A DNA stretch of 61,671 nucleotides, counting the filler, from Choristocarpus tenellus KU-1152 (taxonomy: Eukaryota > Protista > Phaeophyceae): the NCBI GenBank assembly GCA_964200185.2. It is 11 parts of 11 records of this genome, joined end to end, with 100 filler letters (N's around TTAATTAATTAA, not from the genome) between each part and the next. Parts side by side here need not be neighbours in the genome. Positions count along the whole stretch, not along the records: positions 1 to 9,278 come from CAXNAD020003823.1; positions 9,379 to 12,386 come from CAXNAD020022972.1; positions 12,487 to 22,625 come from CAXNAD020003131.1; 8 more parts are not named here. One strand, written 5' to 3'. Position numbers and translations under genes: made by a program. A model generated the notes under the pieces. The model saw nothing but the letters and a program-made list of their open reading frames with translations, was not told the DNA's origin and searched no databases. Below, piece after piece: positions 1-13,249 of the stretch (within the stretch, counting starts at the first letter, position 1; each line of letters begins with the position of its first letter).

Positions 1-68
1 CCAGTCAATTTTGGGTCAAGCCCATCCTCAATGAAAAGCTCCATCCTCAATTTTTGAAATCGGCTGTT
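1..68. repeat. Terminal fragment of an unclassified repeat; reverse-complement copy at 58136-58202
   Basis: Positions 2-68 (CAGTCAATTTTGGGTCAAGCCC...AAATCGGCTGTT) are the exact reverse complement of 58136-58202. Both copies sit at a sequence edge. Confidence 0.85.
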
Positions 69-3000
69 CTATGTGTATAAGAAGCCTACCATGGTTTGGA
101 TGTCCTTGCCATTGCCAGCCTTGCACTCATCTCCATTTTTACTTTCATCTTCCATTAGGCACTCGTGCTACCAATGGTGCCGTCTTGTTTTGGTAATAGA
201 CATTCTAAAATGTAGATTGAAATTGTGCCTTTCACCCTGAATCTGAACTCACCAGATTGCCAACATAAATCTTTTGATTTTGTGGCGGCAACGTTCACTC
301 AGACAACAGTGGTGAAGGGAATCACTGGGCAACACAGACCAGACAGAAAGAGATGAGCCGCAACTGGAAGGATGAGGAAAGGTTGAACAAGGAAAAAGTA
401 AGCGTGAAGAGTGAAAGAGTGAGGAGTGAATATATACAAAAGAAATTCCTCAGCTCTTGGTAACTCTGAACAAACAGAGTCCATGTGTTGGACTGATCTC
501 TTGAAGAGAGTCCATGGACACTGTCCCGTTGAATATCCTCCACTGGAATCCAGGATTCCCAACAAGGAACCTTGAACGATGTGGCAAGATGTGTCAACAG
601 CGATATGAAAACAGAAAACCCACAAATATGTGTATGTACATACATGCTGTACTTGGAGTATTTGTCTTCTTATGGTACATGTACCACTGGACTGTTCAAT
701 TACGGTAAATGCGCCTCAGTATGGTACAGGCTATAGTCACAGTATAATAGCAACTGGCCAGTACAGTTACGGTACTATAAATAGAACATCTAGACGATCA
801 GGTATATAGTTAGGTGAAAAGCACCCCAAGGTTGGGGAATTCTGACAGTTATACCCACTTTTCCAATGTTTCCACTGTTCTCAACGATAGAGTTGCAGTA
901 TAGGCTAACCATGCATATTTTTCCTAACTGGAACTGGAACTGGAACCATGAAAGTACCACGGTACTTCCAACTGCATTGATCCCACGGAAAAAGAAGAAA
1001 ATGAAGAATAAAGAAAACCCAGTGTCACACCTGCTCCATCCAATCTGAACGCTGCTCATCATCACATATCTCAGAAAGAAAAAAGGAACGAATAATCTTT
1101 CAAACCAAAAAGGAACGAGGCAAGGAGCAAAGGAAACATTCACCAGCGGTGAGTGTGCATGTACCCTGATCAGCTTGAGCTGCAAAAGCTGCTGCTGCTT
1201 CTATCATGACTTTACGTCAGTTGTCATGCCACTCATCCAGAAAAAGCTCTATGAGCTATAAACCATGCACACACTTGTACCACTTCTGTTGATTTTTTGC
1301 ACTTGCAATCCATTCCTCAACAGCGGTTCTAAACTTTTTCAAGGTTGTCTTGCAGGCACACTCACCAGTTCTTCTCCTGTTCACTTTGCTTCCACTTTCC
1401 ATCTCCAAGTTCCCCAAACATCATCTGTGGTGGTGGTTCATCCCCCTCGCGCGTACAACTAACTCTGCAAACAGATACGTCCCATGTTGAACACTTTTAA
1501 TGATCCCACACATTGCCTTAACAAGAGGAACATTTAGAAGTTGTCCACAAATAATTTGGGTGACTTGTTGCTCAAAGTCCTGTTGGTACAATATGGTACT
1601 ACTGCCATTTGTGTCCCATCACAGATTTGCAGATTGAGTCACACTACAAAATTCACGCATTACTTGAAGCAGGTAGAAGAAAAGAATGTAAAGCACAGGC
1701 ACTCACACACCAGATGAAGGTGGAAGGGATCTTCAGTTACCCAGGAAAAGAAAAAGGACAGTGGGTTCTGCCCAACCCTCCCTTCCCCACTCTTCAACAG
1801 GACTATCCCCCATCCTTCCTTGACAAAGTATGAACTACTACTACCATGAAACAAAACAAAAATACCTTGAAGTATATCGAGCATACAGCCATTTTTCCTA
1901 CTCTTTGCAGAGGAGCAAAATGGTCAAGTTAATTATGTCAAAATGCCACCAGGCTTTGATTTACCCTGGAACACCTATACACTGATTATCACTGTAAAAA
2001 AGCGTGCTGCTCTCCAATCTTCTTGTGATCTATACCATAATATTTCTGTTCTACAATCTGTAGGAGCAATACAGTGCAGTCCCTAGGGCTCTAGGGCCAG
2101 GGAAGGGTTAACATATGAAAGGATATAGAGTGTCACAAGAGGCAAGTGAACATATGCACAGATAGTCTGAGGGAGTGGACCCAGGTACCCTGGAACTTTT
2201 CAAGTGATATTGCAGAGCCGAGCTGCACCCCCTCACAGGGAAAATAAATCTTAGTGCGAACAAGTACTCCTTTTTTTTTAAAGAAAATTTGTAGGGTGCA
2301 CAGCAAGAATTTTCACCACATGTAGGATGACAGAACCTCTCTTAATCACTTTGCTCGAAAATTGTTCTTTTTACATCGGGTGTTCACAAATCAAAAGAAA
2401 ATTCTTCTACCGACTCTACTGTTGCCACCTTCAACACAAAAGGACAACACGCTCTTCTAATAACAATGCGCATAGGTGAGTGTCGTTGGGGTGTGTACAC
2501 CCTGCTACAGAGTCCTGTGCACACCAAGCGCAGCGCATCAGCAAAATTACATGCAAATCCACATGATCTTACTGTGGAATGATATTACCTACTACTTCTG
2601 GGGTGCCAATTACTATTGTGGATCCATATCCCTGAACTACTGCATGGATTACTCCATGTCACCGGGTACCTGGACACCTAAACAACCTTTTCGCACGACA
2701 AAACGCCTTGAGGTCACTGTCATGGTACCAAAACAGATGATCTCCTAGACATTGCTGACTTGTCCAATCTTCTTTCTCCTGTTCTGAACATTCTATTTGT
2801 AGCCCAAGACCTGCGTTCAAGATGTAGAATGCCTGGCAGTCAAAACTGTGTGAAAGGCGCTCTCAACATGCACCCAGATGCTAGAAGGACTGCAAAGGTC
2901 AAAATTTGTACCGATCACCATCCACTCTTAACATAAAGTCACACAAATATGCTGGAGACAGTTACTTCCACATCCTCCCTCCCCTTCCCTCCCCCCCGTC

Positions 3001-3209
3001 CCCTATGTACACCACTCTCTCCACCCGACAGCAACGGTCTCTCTAGTCAGAGGGAAATTTATGGCGAGCTGAAAAATAACAACACTCACCATGCACAAAA
3101 CCACCAGACATTGCTGCCTCATCCCCCACCATCTCAAGTTGAAAATTATCCCACTTGATGATGCCTTGCCGCCGGTTCTTGAATAGAGGTTTTCACTCTT
3201 CAAACCTCA

Positions 3210-5033
3210 TCACCCTGCTCGATTACGGCTACTTCCCTGGTTGTCATTGCTGCTGTCCTCTTCAATTGGAATATTGGGCAATGCCCCCTCCTTGGCCTCA
3301 TACAGTGCACGGATGTCTGTGAACTCAGGGATGGTGCCCTGTCCTTCAGTTGCTTGGGGATACACCTTCAAGTGCTCTTCTAGCTTCTCACTAAGCAATC
3401 CTGACTTGCTCGGCCCACAAACAAAGGACTCAACTCTGCCCTTCTCACCTGCATAGAACTCCAAGTGAGGGAGCTTCTTTACCTGGATTCGAAGCAAAAG
3501 AGCAGTAGATTTGGTGTGAAGGTGATGAGAGATGCGCAGGAGGTGGAAAGAGCAGTGGGGTACTCTTCCGCATATGTACACATAGAGACTGCTTCCCCCC
3601 CACTCCCTATCTACAATATAATTGTATGCTCAAAGCAAAATCAGCATTTTTCAGGTCTAGTTACAGACTTCAATCAAGTTGAACAGAAAGTATTCCCAGA
3701 AAAAGTTCAGCAGCATGAGAGCACCGTAGTTGAGATCTCAGGATGGGAGGGATATGGAAAGAGTGTGAGGAAGTGGAGGGTTAAACAGCCTTACCTGCAA
3801 AGATTTGCAAAGGTCGCGAGTCTTCATCCAGTCCATCTCGCAAAATTTGACTGGTGCACCAGCATACGCGATGGCAGTTCGTCGATACTTCACATCAAAC
3901 GCCTTGCAAGCCCTACAGAAACCAGCAAAAACCTTCACCACAACCAGCTTGTCTGGGTTGGCTGCAAGTACCTCCAAGTAATCTTCCATTGTTTCTAACA
4001 ACTGGTTCATACGAGAGCACGAGTCAGCACGTTAACAAAGCTTTGAGATGCACATCGAATACAAACTAGTGAATTGCAGGTTGCTCACATCTCCTCGTCC
4101 ATCTCCAAGCTAGTTAGACTGGGTTGCACTACAAAAATACCGCTGAATTCTGCACTGATTCCTCAGCTGGTGTATGCTGCACCACTCATTTTGGCTACAA
4201 CGATACAGATACAAAATGGACTCCACTGAGTTTCCTCATCGAACTTCGTGGGAGTAGGAGTCGCAGATATCCAGATGCTAACTAGACGTCCTACTGCAAT
4301 ACTTGATCCAATAATAAACTTTAAGGAGTAATAACAGCCTACAGGGGAAGAAAGGGAGTCAGCGCAGCAGCGACATCTGCCATACGAGGTTGGGTTGTGT
4401 CCTCTCCGTCATGGACCTTCTTAGCCTATAATTTTGTCGTACTTCACAATAATATATGAGGATCTGGTCGAAAAGAGCCGAGTTCAGGTTCTCTCTATGT
4501 ATAACAACGACAGTTCAGGCACTACTTTTAACACTACTTTTTTTTGTCACACACCCCCACCTCACCTCGATACGTGCCTCGGAGAGGTCACTCTCTTGGC
4601 TGATACCCCTGTCAATGAGGCTGGACGCTACAATAGTCTCAGTCCGTGGCAACCCTTTCCCAAGCGCATTGGAATCTTGCCTCCACAAAACTGAATCTGA
4701 GAAGGTATATCTCATGCCCCCACGACGATCAGCTGAGACCGAAGCCCGCCCAATCGGAGAGTGTTGAGCTGCTACGGGCCATGGTGTTGCGAAGTAGGCT
4801 ACCACATGTGTTGGCACAAGAAATAAAATCACCGCTAGATTCTAGGCAGTAGTGTCAAATGAGTAGTCGGCAGAAGATAGAGGAAGTAAACTGGATCAGC
4901 AAAGAGGTGTTGGGAGAGTCAATGAAGGTTCTGAGGTCAAAAAAAAATCCTGGTGAGGTGTTACGGTTAAGCTCACCACGGCCAGTGCCAGAAGGACAGT
5001 GCGTACGTTTCCATGCACATCGCTCCCACCCAT
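3210..5033 (-). CDS. Atypical thioredoxin-like protein (FCRAC active site), probably plastid-targeted; 4 exons, about 270 aa
   Basis: Exons 5033-4977, 4841-4566, 4001-3795 and 3482-3210 all have GT-AG boundaries and join in phase 0. The Trx fold reads LEVLAANPDKLVVVKVFAGFCRACKAF...VKFCEMD...LQ|VKKLPHLEFY. The N-terminus is hydrophobic (VLLALAVNLAVILFLVPTHVVA-YF) and followed by a Ser/Arg-rich transit-like segment. Confidence 0.85.
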
Positions 5034-6573
5034 GATAGCCCTTTCCTGGTTTGTCCCTTGACAGAGTAATAAAAACAATGAGAGAGAGGTCTGAGAGACG
5101 ATGTCTAGTACAATATTGTTGTATAATACTAAAATACTATTATACTATAGTTATGTAAAACAAAACCAGCTGTCACCCCAAGGTCACGTGTCCATTCCAC
5201 TAAGATCCACACGTGAATCTGAGATTATGACGTGTAATTTATTTGGAACTTCAACTTGGAAGGTTCAACTTTTTGGTTTCCTAAAATATTTACTTGTTAT
5301 TGGTCAGTATAAAAGAGTACCACCTATATAGATTATAATTAAAGTAATATTTTATTGTAGAGGACAGGATATGAATGAATGCTATGTGTGATAAGACTAC
5401 TACCACTATTTTACTTCTAGTGTGGTTGTTGTAAATTAGTCAAAATGATCACCACACAAACTCACCACTTGTATATATCCATCATATATGCCCTCTAAAC
5501 ATTTTGGACATATCGACTGACTTCAACTAGAAGGTTAAACTTTTCTAACCCTACAATATTCATTGGTCAGGATGTTGAAGTAATATATTTGTTGAGGGAA
5601 GGTAGAGACCGATGGGAAACAGTTATCTTGAACACTTTTGACGATGAGGTGGAGGGTTGAAAATAATTTCGTGTTTTCGTGGGAGTTTTACTGAATTACT
5701 AAGATGTGTGATTGTAAAGACCGACAAACGAGTACACCCTGGACAAATCAATTTCCCCACAAGCACATGTCTGTTCAGGCGGGTATATCACGTCACAAAT
5801 CAAAACTTTCATCATTAACTCCATCTATTCGTGAATCCCAGTCATTAGTTACCCATTTATACTTCTGAGAGTGGTATGGAACAAATCTTCCAACATCATA
5901 GTGAGATGTTGAACGAATCAATAGATTCCTTTGATTTGTACAACTTGCGCTTAATAATACGACCTCGAGTCATTGGGAAGGCGGGATTCAATTCAACGTG
6001 TTCATACTGGCAAACCAGATTTGAACATGTTTCTCAGATAGGAGAATGGTAGGGACAACTATTTGTATAAGTTTCGTAGATTGAGGAGTGGTACGATAAA
6101 TATTTGTATGTGCTTTGCAAGGGGAGTTGGTACTGACAAATCATTTTATACATACTCACATACAAGACACCGATATATCGGTAAATTTTGCCAACTTGAA
6201 AAGTTAAGAGTGTCCGTGAGAGGTATCCAACCTGCGGATATGACACACATATCTTTCCGCCTGGAGCTGCTAGAGCACAGTGGCTACTACCTGGTGGAGC
6301 TTCCAGTTCTCTTTCCCTCCCAACACACCTCCCCCCCTGCTACCCACTCACTATATTTCGCCCTGTATTACCCTATCTTGGCTATATGGATAGTCTGTTG
6401 TAGTAGTCTAGTAGTAGGCAACTGTTACAAGTGAAACATAGGAGTACTACAGAGGAATATAACATCGGCACAGGGTCACAATAGGTTTGTCTGGAGACAG
6501 AGGTGCAATGCTGTTGGCAAACCATAAAGAAACAATTGTGAGTTCAGGTAGGGGGGTGAGCAAGGATGCAATA

Positions 6574-6815
6574 GAGCCAAAACCAATTGAGAGGCAGCAG
6601 GGTTTAATTTCGAGGATCCCGAGAAAGGACAAAAATACGCGATTTTGTGCAATTGTAGAAGAGCTTTCGCTTAATTGTGGTGTCACCCTGTGTATGTGGA
6701 AAGGGAGATTGCTCATTTTGCTTGCACTATTGTGCACATGACGCACAATGTAAGAAAGATGGCTAATAACGCAAAAAGGGTTCAAACCTGCCTGCCTCTC
6801 AATTGGTTTTGACTG
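6574..6815 (+). mobile_element. MITE family C (TIR element), copy 1
   Basis: Inverted termini GAGCCAAAACCAATTGAGAGGCAG / CTGCCTCTCAATTGGTTTTGACT. The interior is homologous to 36441-36701. Confidence 0.7.
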
Positions 6816-6961
6816 AAAAGAGGATGTTGGGAGGGACACACAGGAAGTAGATAAACATATGTTGCCACACATGCTAGTCTGCCACAAATGCAAACACACT
6901 ATCTTAACAAAAATTGGAGAGCAGGTCACACTCTCACCTCTGTCCATTGGATTACACAGCT

Positions 6962-7216
6962 GAGCCAAGGTAAACGAGAAGTACCCAGGATTTGACCGTT
7001 TTGAATTTTAGGTCACTTTTTTAATCTTTTGCAATGCACCCATATCTCCATGGATAGTGTTATGATTGTCGAGGGGATGTTGATTTCTTTAGTTTTGAGA
7101 AGTTTCGACAGAATGCAGAAAAGTTCCTATGCCCATTTTGCACATAAATTCGAATTTTGCACCTTTGTCAGCATCCTTAAAATACAACCCTGGATAACTT
7201 AGGTTAAATTTAGCTC
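6962..7216. mobile_element. MITE-like element (family D) with GAG...CTC ends
   Basis: Imperfect TIR GAGCCAAGGTAAACGAGAAGTACCCAGG / CCTGGATAACTTAGGTTAAATTTAGCTC. Flanks are AGCT/AGTT. Similar termini occur at about 13922, 27008 and 43324. Confidence 0.5.
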
Positions 7217-8779
7217 AGTTCCAAACATCAACATTTTCTACATGTCGGAAGGCCCAAAAAAGGGAAGTCCTTACCCCCAAGCACCCGCACAGATCTTCAA
7301 CAAAATTTTCATGTCGTCGAGTTTGAGTGGAGGAAGCATTGGTGGCAAAAGTGGTGTTTCACCAGGACAATTGCTTACAACAAACCCGCTTTGTAACTGA
7401 CCTCGTTACATCATGAACAGTGAGTGTGAACAGAGGAGCAAGTAGTGCCAGATAACGAACACTGATCGCCAAGAGTCCCAAGTGCAAGCCAAGCCAGATA
7501 TATCTGAGTGATACTCATCTGGCCCACATATGAAATCCGATCCAAGCAAGGGCAAGTAGCCCCGAACATGGGTGTGGGTAGCATTTTTGTGAAGTTAATT
7601 GACCGCACTGCTCGCTGTTATGCAAAAGAGGGCGCAAAGTGGTTCAATAGCTGACTCCATTCTGAGATCTCAGCTGTTTCTCTGGCTGAAAAAAGGGGGG
7701 GATGAAGCTGGCTCGATTCTGCCACGGACATCAGAGAGACGCCATCTGCCTGCATCATTTTTTTGGGGGGGGTCCTCCACAAGCGTGTACGTGTCTGAAA
7801 AATAAAATCTTGCCCGTGTGCGATACTTCACTTTGCAATAATCACGCTACTACAGGTAGAATAGGAAACTGAGACGACTTGCGACATGGCAGTTATAATT
7901 AGTTAACCTCAAGAGTTTGTCTGTTCATTACAATTAGCCGTTTGGGTCGTAGCACCTGACCGCATATAAATGCATTGCTGGCAGATGGAGTACCACAAGA
8001 TTATAGGCCGTCTGGTCAGCGACGGACCCTGTGTGAGGTGAAAGCATCTAAACGCAAGGCTAACATCATATACATGTATGTACCTGATGACTCGTCCGAT
8101 ACACACACAGGAACTTCTAGCAACGTGTGGATGTGCCAATGATGTGTGGGATAAAGTATAATTATTCTTTAAATATTATGATATGACCTAACCAAAACTA
8201 ATGGGATACATGTGGAAAGCATGTTTGTATGTTGTTATACCGTTATTGCCGTATGCGACATACCGTTATACCGATGTACCGATTGAGGTTCCTTGTCAAG
8301 CATCCATGACTCCACTGGCGGACCTTCCGTCAGAATGAAACCATGGAATTCTTCACAAGATCAATCCCACAGACTTGGGACAACTCGTCATTCACAGTTG
8401 TCACACATGGAAGATCCACTTTATTCTCACGTCTTGACTTATGATGATAAAGTCCCATCTTTAAAGATGCCCATCACTCCTCAATTTGCATTTATCCAAC
8501 CTTAACCTCGTACCTCGGTTACGGTTCGTCTTTGTTTGTCTGGTCCGTGTTGCCCGGTGATTTTCTTCACCACCCTTGCCTGAGTGAACCATGCCGCCAC
8601 AGAATCACACGATTCACATTGGCGACGCAGGTGATCTCAGAAATAGGGTGACCGGGAATTTTTGTTTGACCACGGACGAAATATGCTGAACTCAAGATCA
8701 AGGCGAAAACGTCATGCACAGGAGCTGTTACAGGCGAATAGCGCGAGCGTTTTCTCATGTTTTAGGAAATACGAACATT

Positions 8780-9265
8780 TGTAACAGACGCAGAGTGTGA
8801 GGATTATTTCTCGAGTTCTGACAAGTACGAACTATATACGACATTAGTAACACATAGGTAGCCTTACAGAATAAACGATTATTTTGAGAAGATGCAGAGA
8901 AAGAATCGGAATACCTACGTAACATTGCAGAGGAAAATGTCAAAGTCACTAAGAAGTTCAAGAATAAAGGCTTATGATTGGAGTACCTATAGAGTTGTTG
9001 ATAAAAGACAACGAAATTAGGTGGATGGTGAAAAAAATAAGAGAGCTTTAGTGGCAACACTTTTACCTCGCTTATGCCCCAGTCTATCTTTTGAATTAAA
9101 CATTGAGTCAAGCTTTGAGCTAAGCACTGAGTGGAATATCAAGAGAAGGCTATCTGACACCCTACAAACCGTTGTAAAAGGCAATGCCCCCATAGCGTCG
9201 TTTTATGGTCGTTGGATTTGAGTTGTACATCCTGTGGAGGTGAGTTCTGAGGGGCGCCTGTAACA
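8780..9265. mobile_element. Solo-LTR-like repeat (second family) nested in the LTR element
   Basis: TGTAACA...TGTAACA ends. Homologous in reverse complement to 20920-21442, and the 3' end is shared with 27373-27696. No clear TSD. Confidence 0.65.
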
Positions 9266-9278
9266 GAGCACCTGACTC

Positions 9279-9378
9279 NNNNNNNNNNNNNNNNNNNNNN
9301 NNNNNNNNNNNNNNNNNNNNNNTTAATTAATTAANNNNNNNNNNNNNNNNNNNNNNNNNNNNNNNNNNNNNNNNNNNN
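9279..9378. other. Artificial contig linker N44-TTAATTAATTAA-N44. The same linker is at 12387-12486, 22626-22725, 26658-26757, 31920-32019, 37770-37869, 43966-44065, 46602-46701, 54248-54347 and 58203-58302
   Basis: An identical 100-bp spacer with stops in all six frames occurs ten times. Confidence 0.98.
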
Positions 9379-11689
9379 GCCGTGAAATGATTGCAGCCTA
9401 TCGTGCAGTAAATTGATTGGATAACCAGTAAAGTTCTCATCCCTCGTGTATTGACTTGAGAATTTGTATTTACGGTTATCATACTCCTTTGCATAGTCTG
9501 TATATCATACATTGCCGTCATGTCATAACCTATCGTGTCAGTAAAGAGATTGTCGTGTACATGTATGTGTGTTAGAGATCATGGTCAAAAAAATTGTTTA
9601 TTTGTTTAATTGGGTGTTTATGTATTTATTTTTAGGACTAATGTCCCTTGGCCAGATCTCGTGGTACCCACATGCTATAATCCCTTATCTAGTTTAGACA
9701 AATCGTATTTATGTCATTTTGTCATAGATGGATACAGTCTATCGTTTTGTGAATAGATGAGATAACTGGTAACAGATGTCAGTTAACCTGTTCACGACCA
9801 GCTCTGACTTGGCATCTCCTGTTTACCAGGTTTATCAATCCTTACAAATAGACTATACATAAATGTTGGTGGATTGAGATAAATTCTTATGCAATTAATT
9901 CTATCTCTCAACTCTCCTCGTTTGCATGAGTGGACACGACATGCGGTGGTGAAGAGACCGTGTTATCACCAGGCACATTATATATTAGCACGTGTGTGCT
10001 AAAGGTGGCTGTTCATTACATCATGTCATGCTTTCATGAAATGGATTTATTGATCATCATGAAATAACTAATCCCATCCTAATACAGAAAAATAAAATGA
10101 AGATTCATGTCTACCACCAGGTAAGAGATGGAGACTTCAGGTGAGCCATACATCTTACTCATTTTTTTTTTCGTGTGGCATGTTCCCCCCGACATGATGC
10201 AATGACCGTACAGTCACCTCGTATCGTTTTAGGAGAGTTGAGCCACCAACATCGTACGTCCGAGTTGTCCACTTGGATTATTGTTGTCGTGAACAATATT
10301 CCAATGGAAGTCAGAATTGAGGAAGGGGAATGGGTGCACACATTTGATCTCGTCGTTTGCTGTGTTGATTTGGTCATGTAACACGCGATGTTGTTTTCAC
10401 GCATCGGAGTGGTGATCAAATCATCGTATAACACCCGTATAGCAATGTCGAATCACAAACACTAGTCAAATCGTTTTGTTGACATCGTGTATAGTGTTTG
10501 CTCCTCATATCCCCATTTTGAGTGTATCCTCTATTTTATACAAAGATACTAGAGACCCTATATGTTGGCCACATATACCTCTCGCCTCATCTTTAGGCTG
10601 ATTGATATGCTGATCCCATACTCTCAGACCTCGTAAGCTTTATGAGTGTGCTGACCACGCACCATCAACCTTTAGGCCAATGTTATCCTGATCAGATATT
10701 CATTATGTGCCTCGTTTCTATTTTACGCTTCATTTTGTATTAATAGAGTCGTGTAATACAATGGTACAATAGTATACTAACATTCACACATGTTTCCCAT
10801 TTCGCTCACAGAGCCCAATTTTTGGTTGACCTTGAATCATCTTTACATGGCTTCAACGCCGATCAGAAGGGGGGGTGATGTGGAAAGCATGTTTGTCTGT
10901 TGTTATACCGTTAATGCCGTGTGTCATACACCGTTATACCGTTGTACCGATTGAGGTTCCCAGTCAAGCGTCCATGATTTCACTGACAGACTTTCCGTCA
11001 GAAAGAAACCATGGAATCTCTTCATGTGACCAATCCCATAGACTTGGGACAACTCGTCATTCACAGTTGTCACACATAGAAGATCCACTTTGTTCTCACG
11101 TCTTGACTGATGGTGATGAAACCCCATCTTCGATGATGCTCTTCATTCTTCAATTTGCAATTGTCCAACCTTAACCTCTTACCCAAGGGCTTTTCGTCCT
11201 TGTTCGTCTGGTCCGTCTTGCCCGGTGATTCTCTTTGCCACACTTGTTTAAGTGAACCACGCCGCCACAGAATCACACAATTCACATACAGCATATTATA
11301 ATCAGGTCTGGTCCAAACTCTAACTTCAGGTAGGTAGAAAGGATCGGTGTTTTTACAGTTTGTTACGGATATTTTCACCTTTTCACATCTCGAAATAGGT
11401 ACTAACATTTTCTTATTGTGGAGGGTTTCAAATCGTGCACAATAGAGAACCCTTTGTTTTTTTGTGCCCGCCTCCTACGAAATGATCTTCACTAATGTGG
11501 GTACGCGACTAGGTAGCAAAAAAACCCATTTTATTTGCTTCAATTTATTGTGGGATCTCGATACATGGTCAACGGCACAACCACTGTTGTGCTACTTCTC
11601 ATACTACTATTATTGCAAATAACTGTTGGACTAGTGTGACTAGTTACGCTGACTCTATTCTTGTCTTTGCATCTCGCGAAATGGCTTCA

Positions 11690-11810
11690 ACAATCCCACC
11701 ACTCGTTGCTCCATGTGCTCCCTTAAGTCTTACGCTGAACCTGCCTTAGTGCTGTTCAACAAGCGTTTTCATCTTGTTCTTGATCTGTCGTTTTTGTGGT
11801 AGCACAGGTG
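11690..11810. repeat. Dispersed degenerate repeat (other copies at about 53575-53685 and 55310-55447)
   Basis: Shared CCACCACTCGYTGCTC...CTCCCTYA...CTGA...TCTTG...GTGGT motif series in three contigs. Confidence 0.55.
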
Positions 11811-11814
11811 TAGA

Positions 11815-12063
11815 GAGTGAAGTATCTTAAAGGGTACGATTTTTGCCCTGTTTGTCCATTTGGGCCTTGGCTTCCCTTGGGGTTTTAACTACTACTCCAA
11901 AATGTTTCGAAGTAGGTAAAATGTATACGTTATGAAAAGCTGTGTTCGGCACAAGGATATTGATATTTCCCAACAAAAACGATAGTCAAGATTACATCCA
12001 ATCGCAACATTGGATATTGACCACCAAACGGACGTGGCTCAACCCTCTAAGATACTTTGGCTC
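11815..12063 (-). mobile_element. MITE family A
   Basis: TIR GAGTGAAGTATCTTAAAGGGTA / CCCTCTAAGATACTTTGGCTC; TSD TAGA (4 bp). Confidence 0.92.
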
Positions 12064-13249
12064 TAGAATTCATAAAGCTTGCTTACTATGCGAAGTTCGG
12101 ATATTCTAAAACCAGGGTTCCATCAAGAGAAAAGTCCGAAATCGATGGGATTCAAACGGGTAAAATTCATGCATGGAATAGCCTCATTAGTCACTGACCC
12201 ACAAGAATGCTCAGATATATGTGGCAGAAGTAGAGCCAGTTATAGAACCATTTTGCGCCCCCTTTTCACAACGGCAACCTGCGCATTCTATTCGCTTCTC
12301 TACAAATCTACAATGCTAACCAGAAGTGTGAAAGTGTCAAAGGTGCCAAGTTCTTTTTTGCTCAAGGGGGCAATCACAATCAACGGNNNNNNNNNNNNNN
12401 NNNNNNNNNNNNNNNNNNNNNNNNNNNNNNTTAATTAATTAANNNNNNNNNNNNNNNNNNNNNNNNNNNNNNNNNNNNNNNNNNNNTTCTTGTCCTGTGC
12501 CCCCAGCCAACCAGAATTCTCCCGCCCACAAAACTCAGTTTACTTCATAAACTCTCACTTTGTTTGCTGGTCAGCTTCAACTATTAAAACCCAACCTATG
12601 CGTACTGTAGTATTAAGTCTGCTATCATTTAATGCTTGCGCGAGCCACAAGACCCTCCTCCAAAGAAGGACAAGCACGCCAACCTTCTTGGCGCCAGCAT
12701 CTTCATTGAGTATTCACACCACAACAGGTTCGAGAGTCTAAGATTGAGGTAGCATTGTTCTTACCAATTTCTCGTAACGCCGTCGAAAATATTTACTCTA
12801 CATTTTGTTTGTTCACCTGAAAAATATCGCAGTGCAAGAGCAAAAATTGCGATGATAGAAACACAAAAAGTACAAGGTAGCAGGGTCCCCTTTCCCTCTT
12901 CCCTTCCAAAATAATGTCAAGAAAACTGTATTATAGACAAATCCCAAATGTGGGTGTGGTGAACGGAATACATACAGCGTCATATAAAATTTCAGCACAG
13001 ATCAAATGTGTACCAAGTTAAGGAACACGATCATCTTAACATATCGGTTCACCAGAACGTGTTTTTTTCCTGTCGAACTCATGAAAGTGTGCCATGAATC
13101 TACTGAATCACGCGATCGAAATAATCGAAATCGTGATCGAAAATACTTGACTATTCATGTGGAGGATTAAATGGTTGTATTACTACTTTCCCTTTAAAAA
13201 AAGCATCAATTTGCCACTCCCCAATTGAGGTTGGCAACTGGCGTGGAAG

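Larger units (their letters stand above)
8211..11286 (+). mobile_element. Degenerate LTR retrotransposon (probably gypsy-like), both LTRs present, interrupted by an assembly linker
   Basis: 5' LTR 8211-8618 and 3' LTR 10879-11286 are both 408 bp and TG...CA. PBS-like TGGCGACGCAGGTG at 8620-8633; PPT AGAAGGGGGGG at 10865-10875; TSD TACA at 8207-8210 and 11287-11290. The interior has no long ORF. Confidence 0.85.

Noticed and set aside
1900-1975. YVKMPPGFD as a copia RT motif
   Set aside because: It is a single short match, and the surrounding frames give no supporting motifs.
3465-3998. 177-aa plus-strand ORF
   Set aside because: It is the antisense shadow of the thioredoxin exon and intron, with no motif of its own.
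9323-9334. Recurring TTAATTAATTAA palindrome as a biological motif
   Set aside because: It always sits centred in N44...N44, so it is an artificial six-frame-stop linker.
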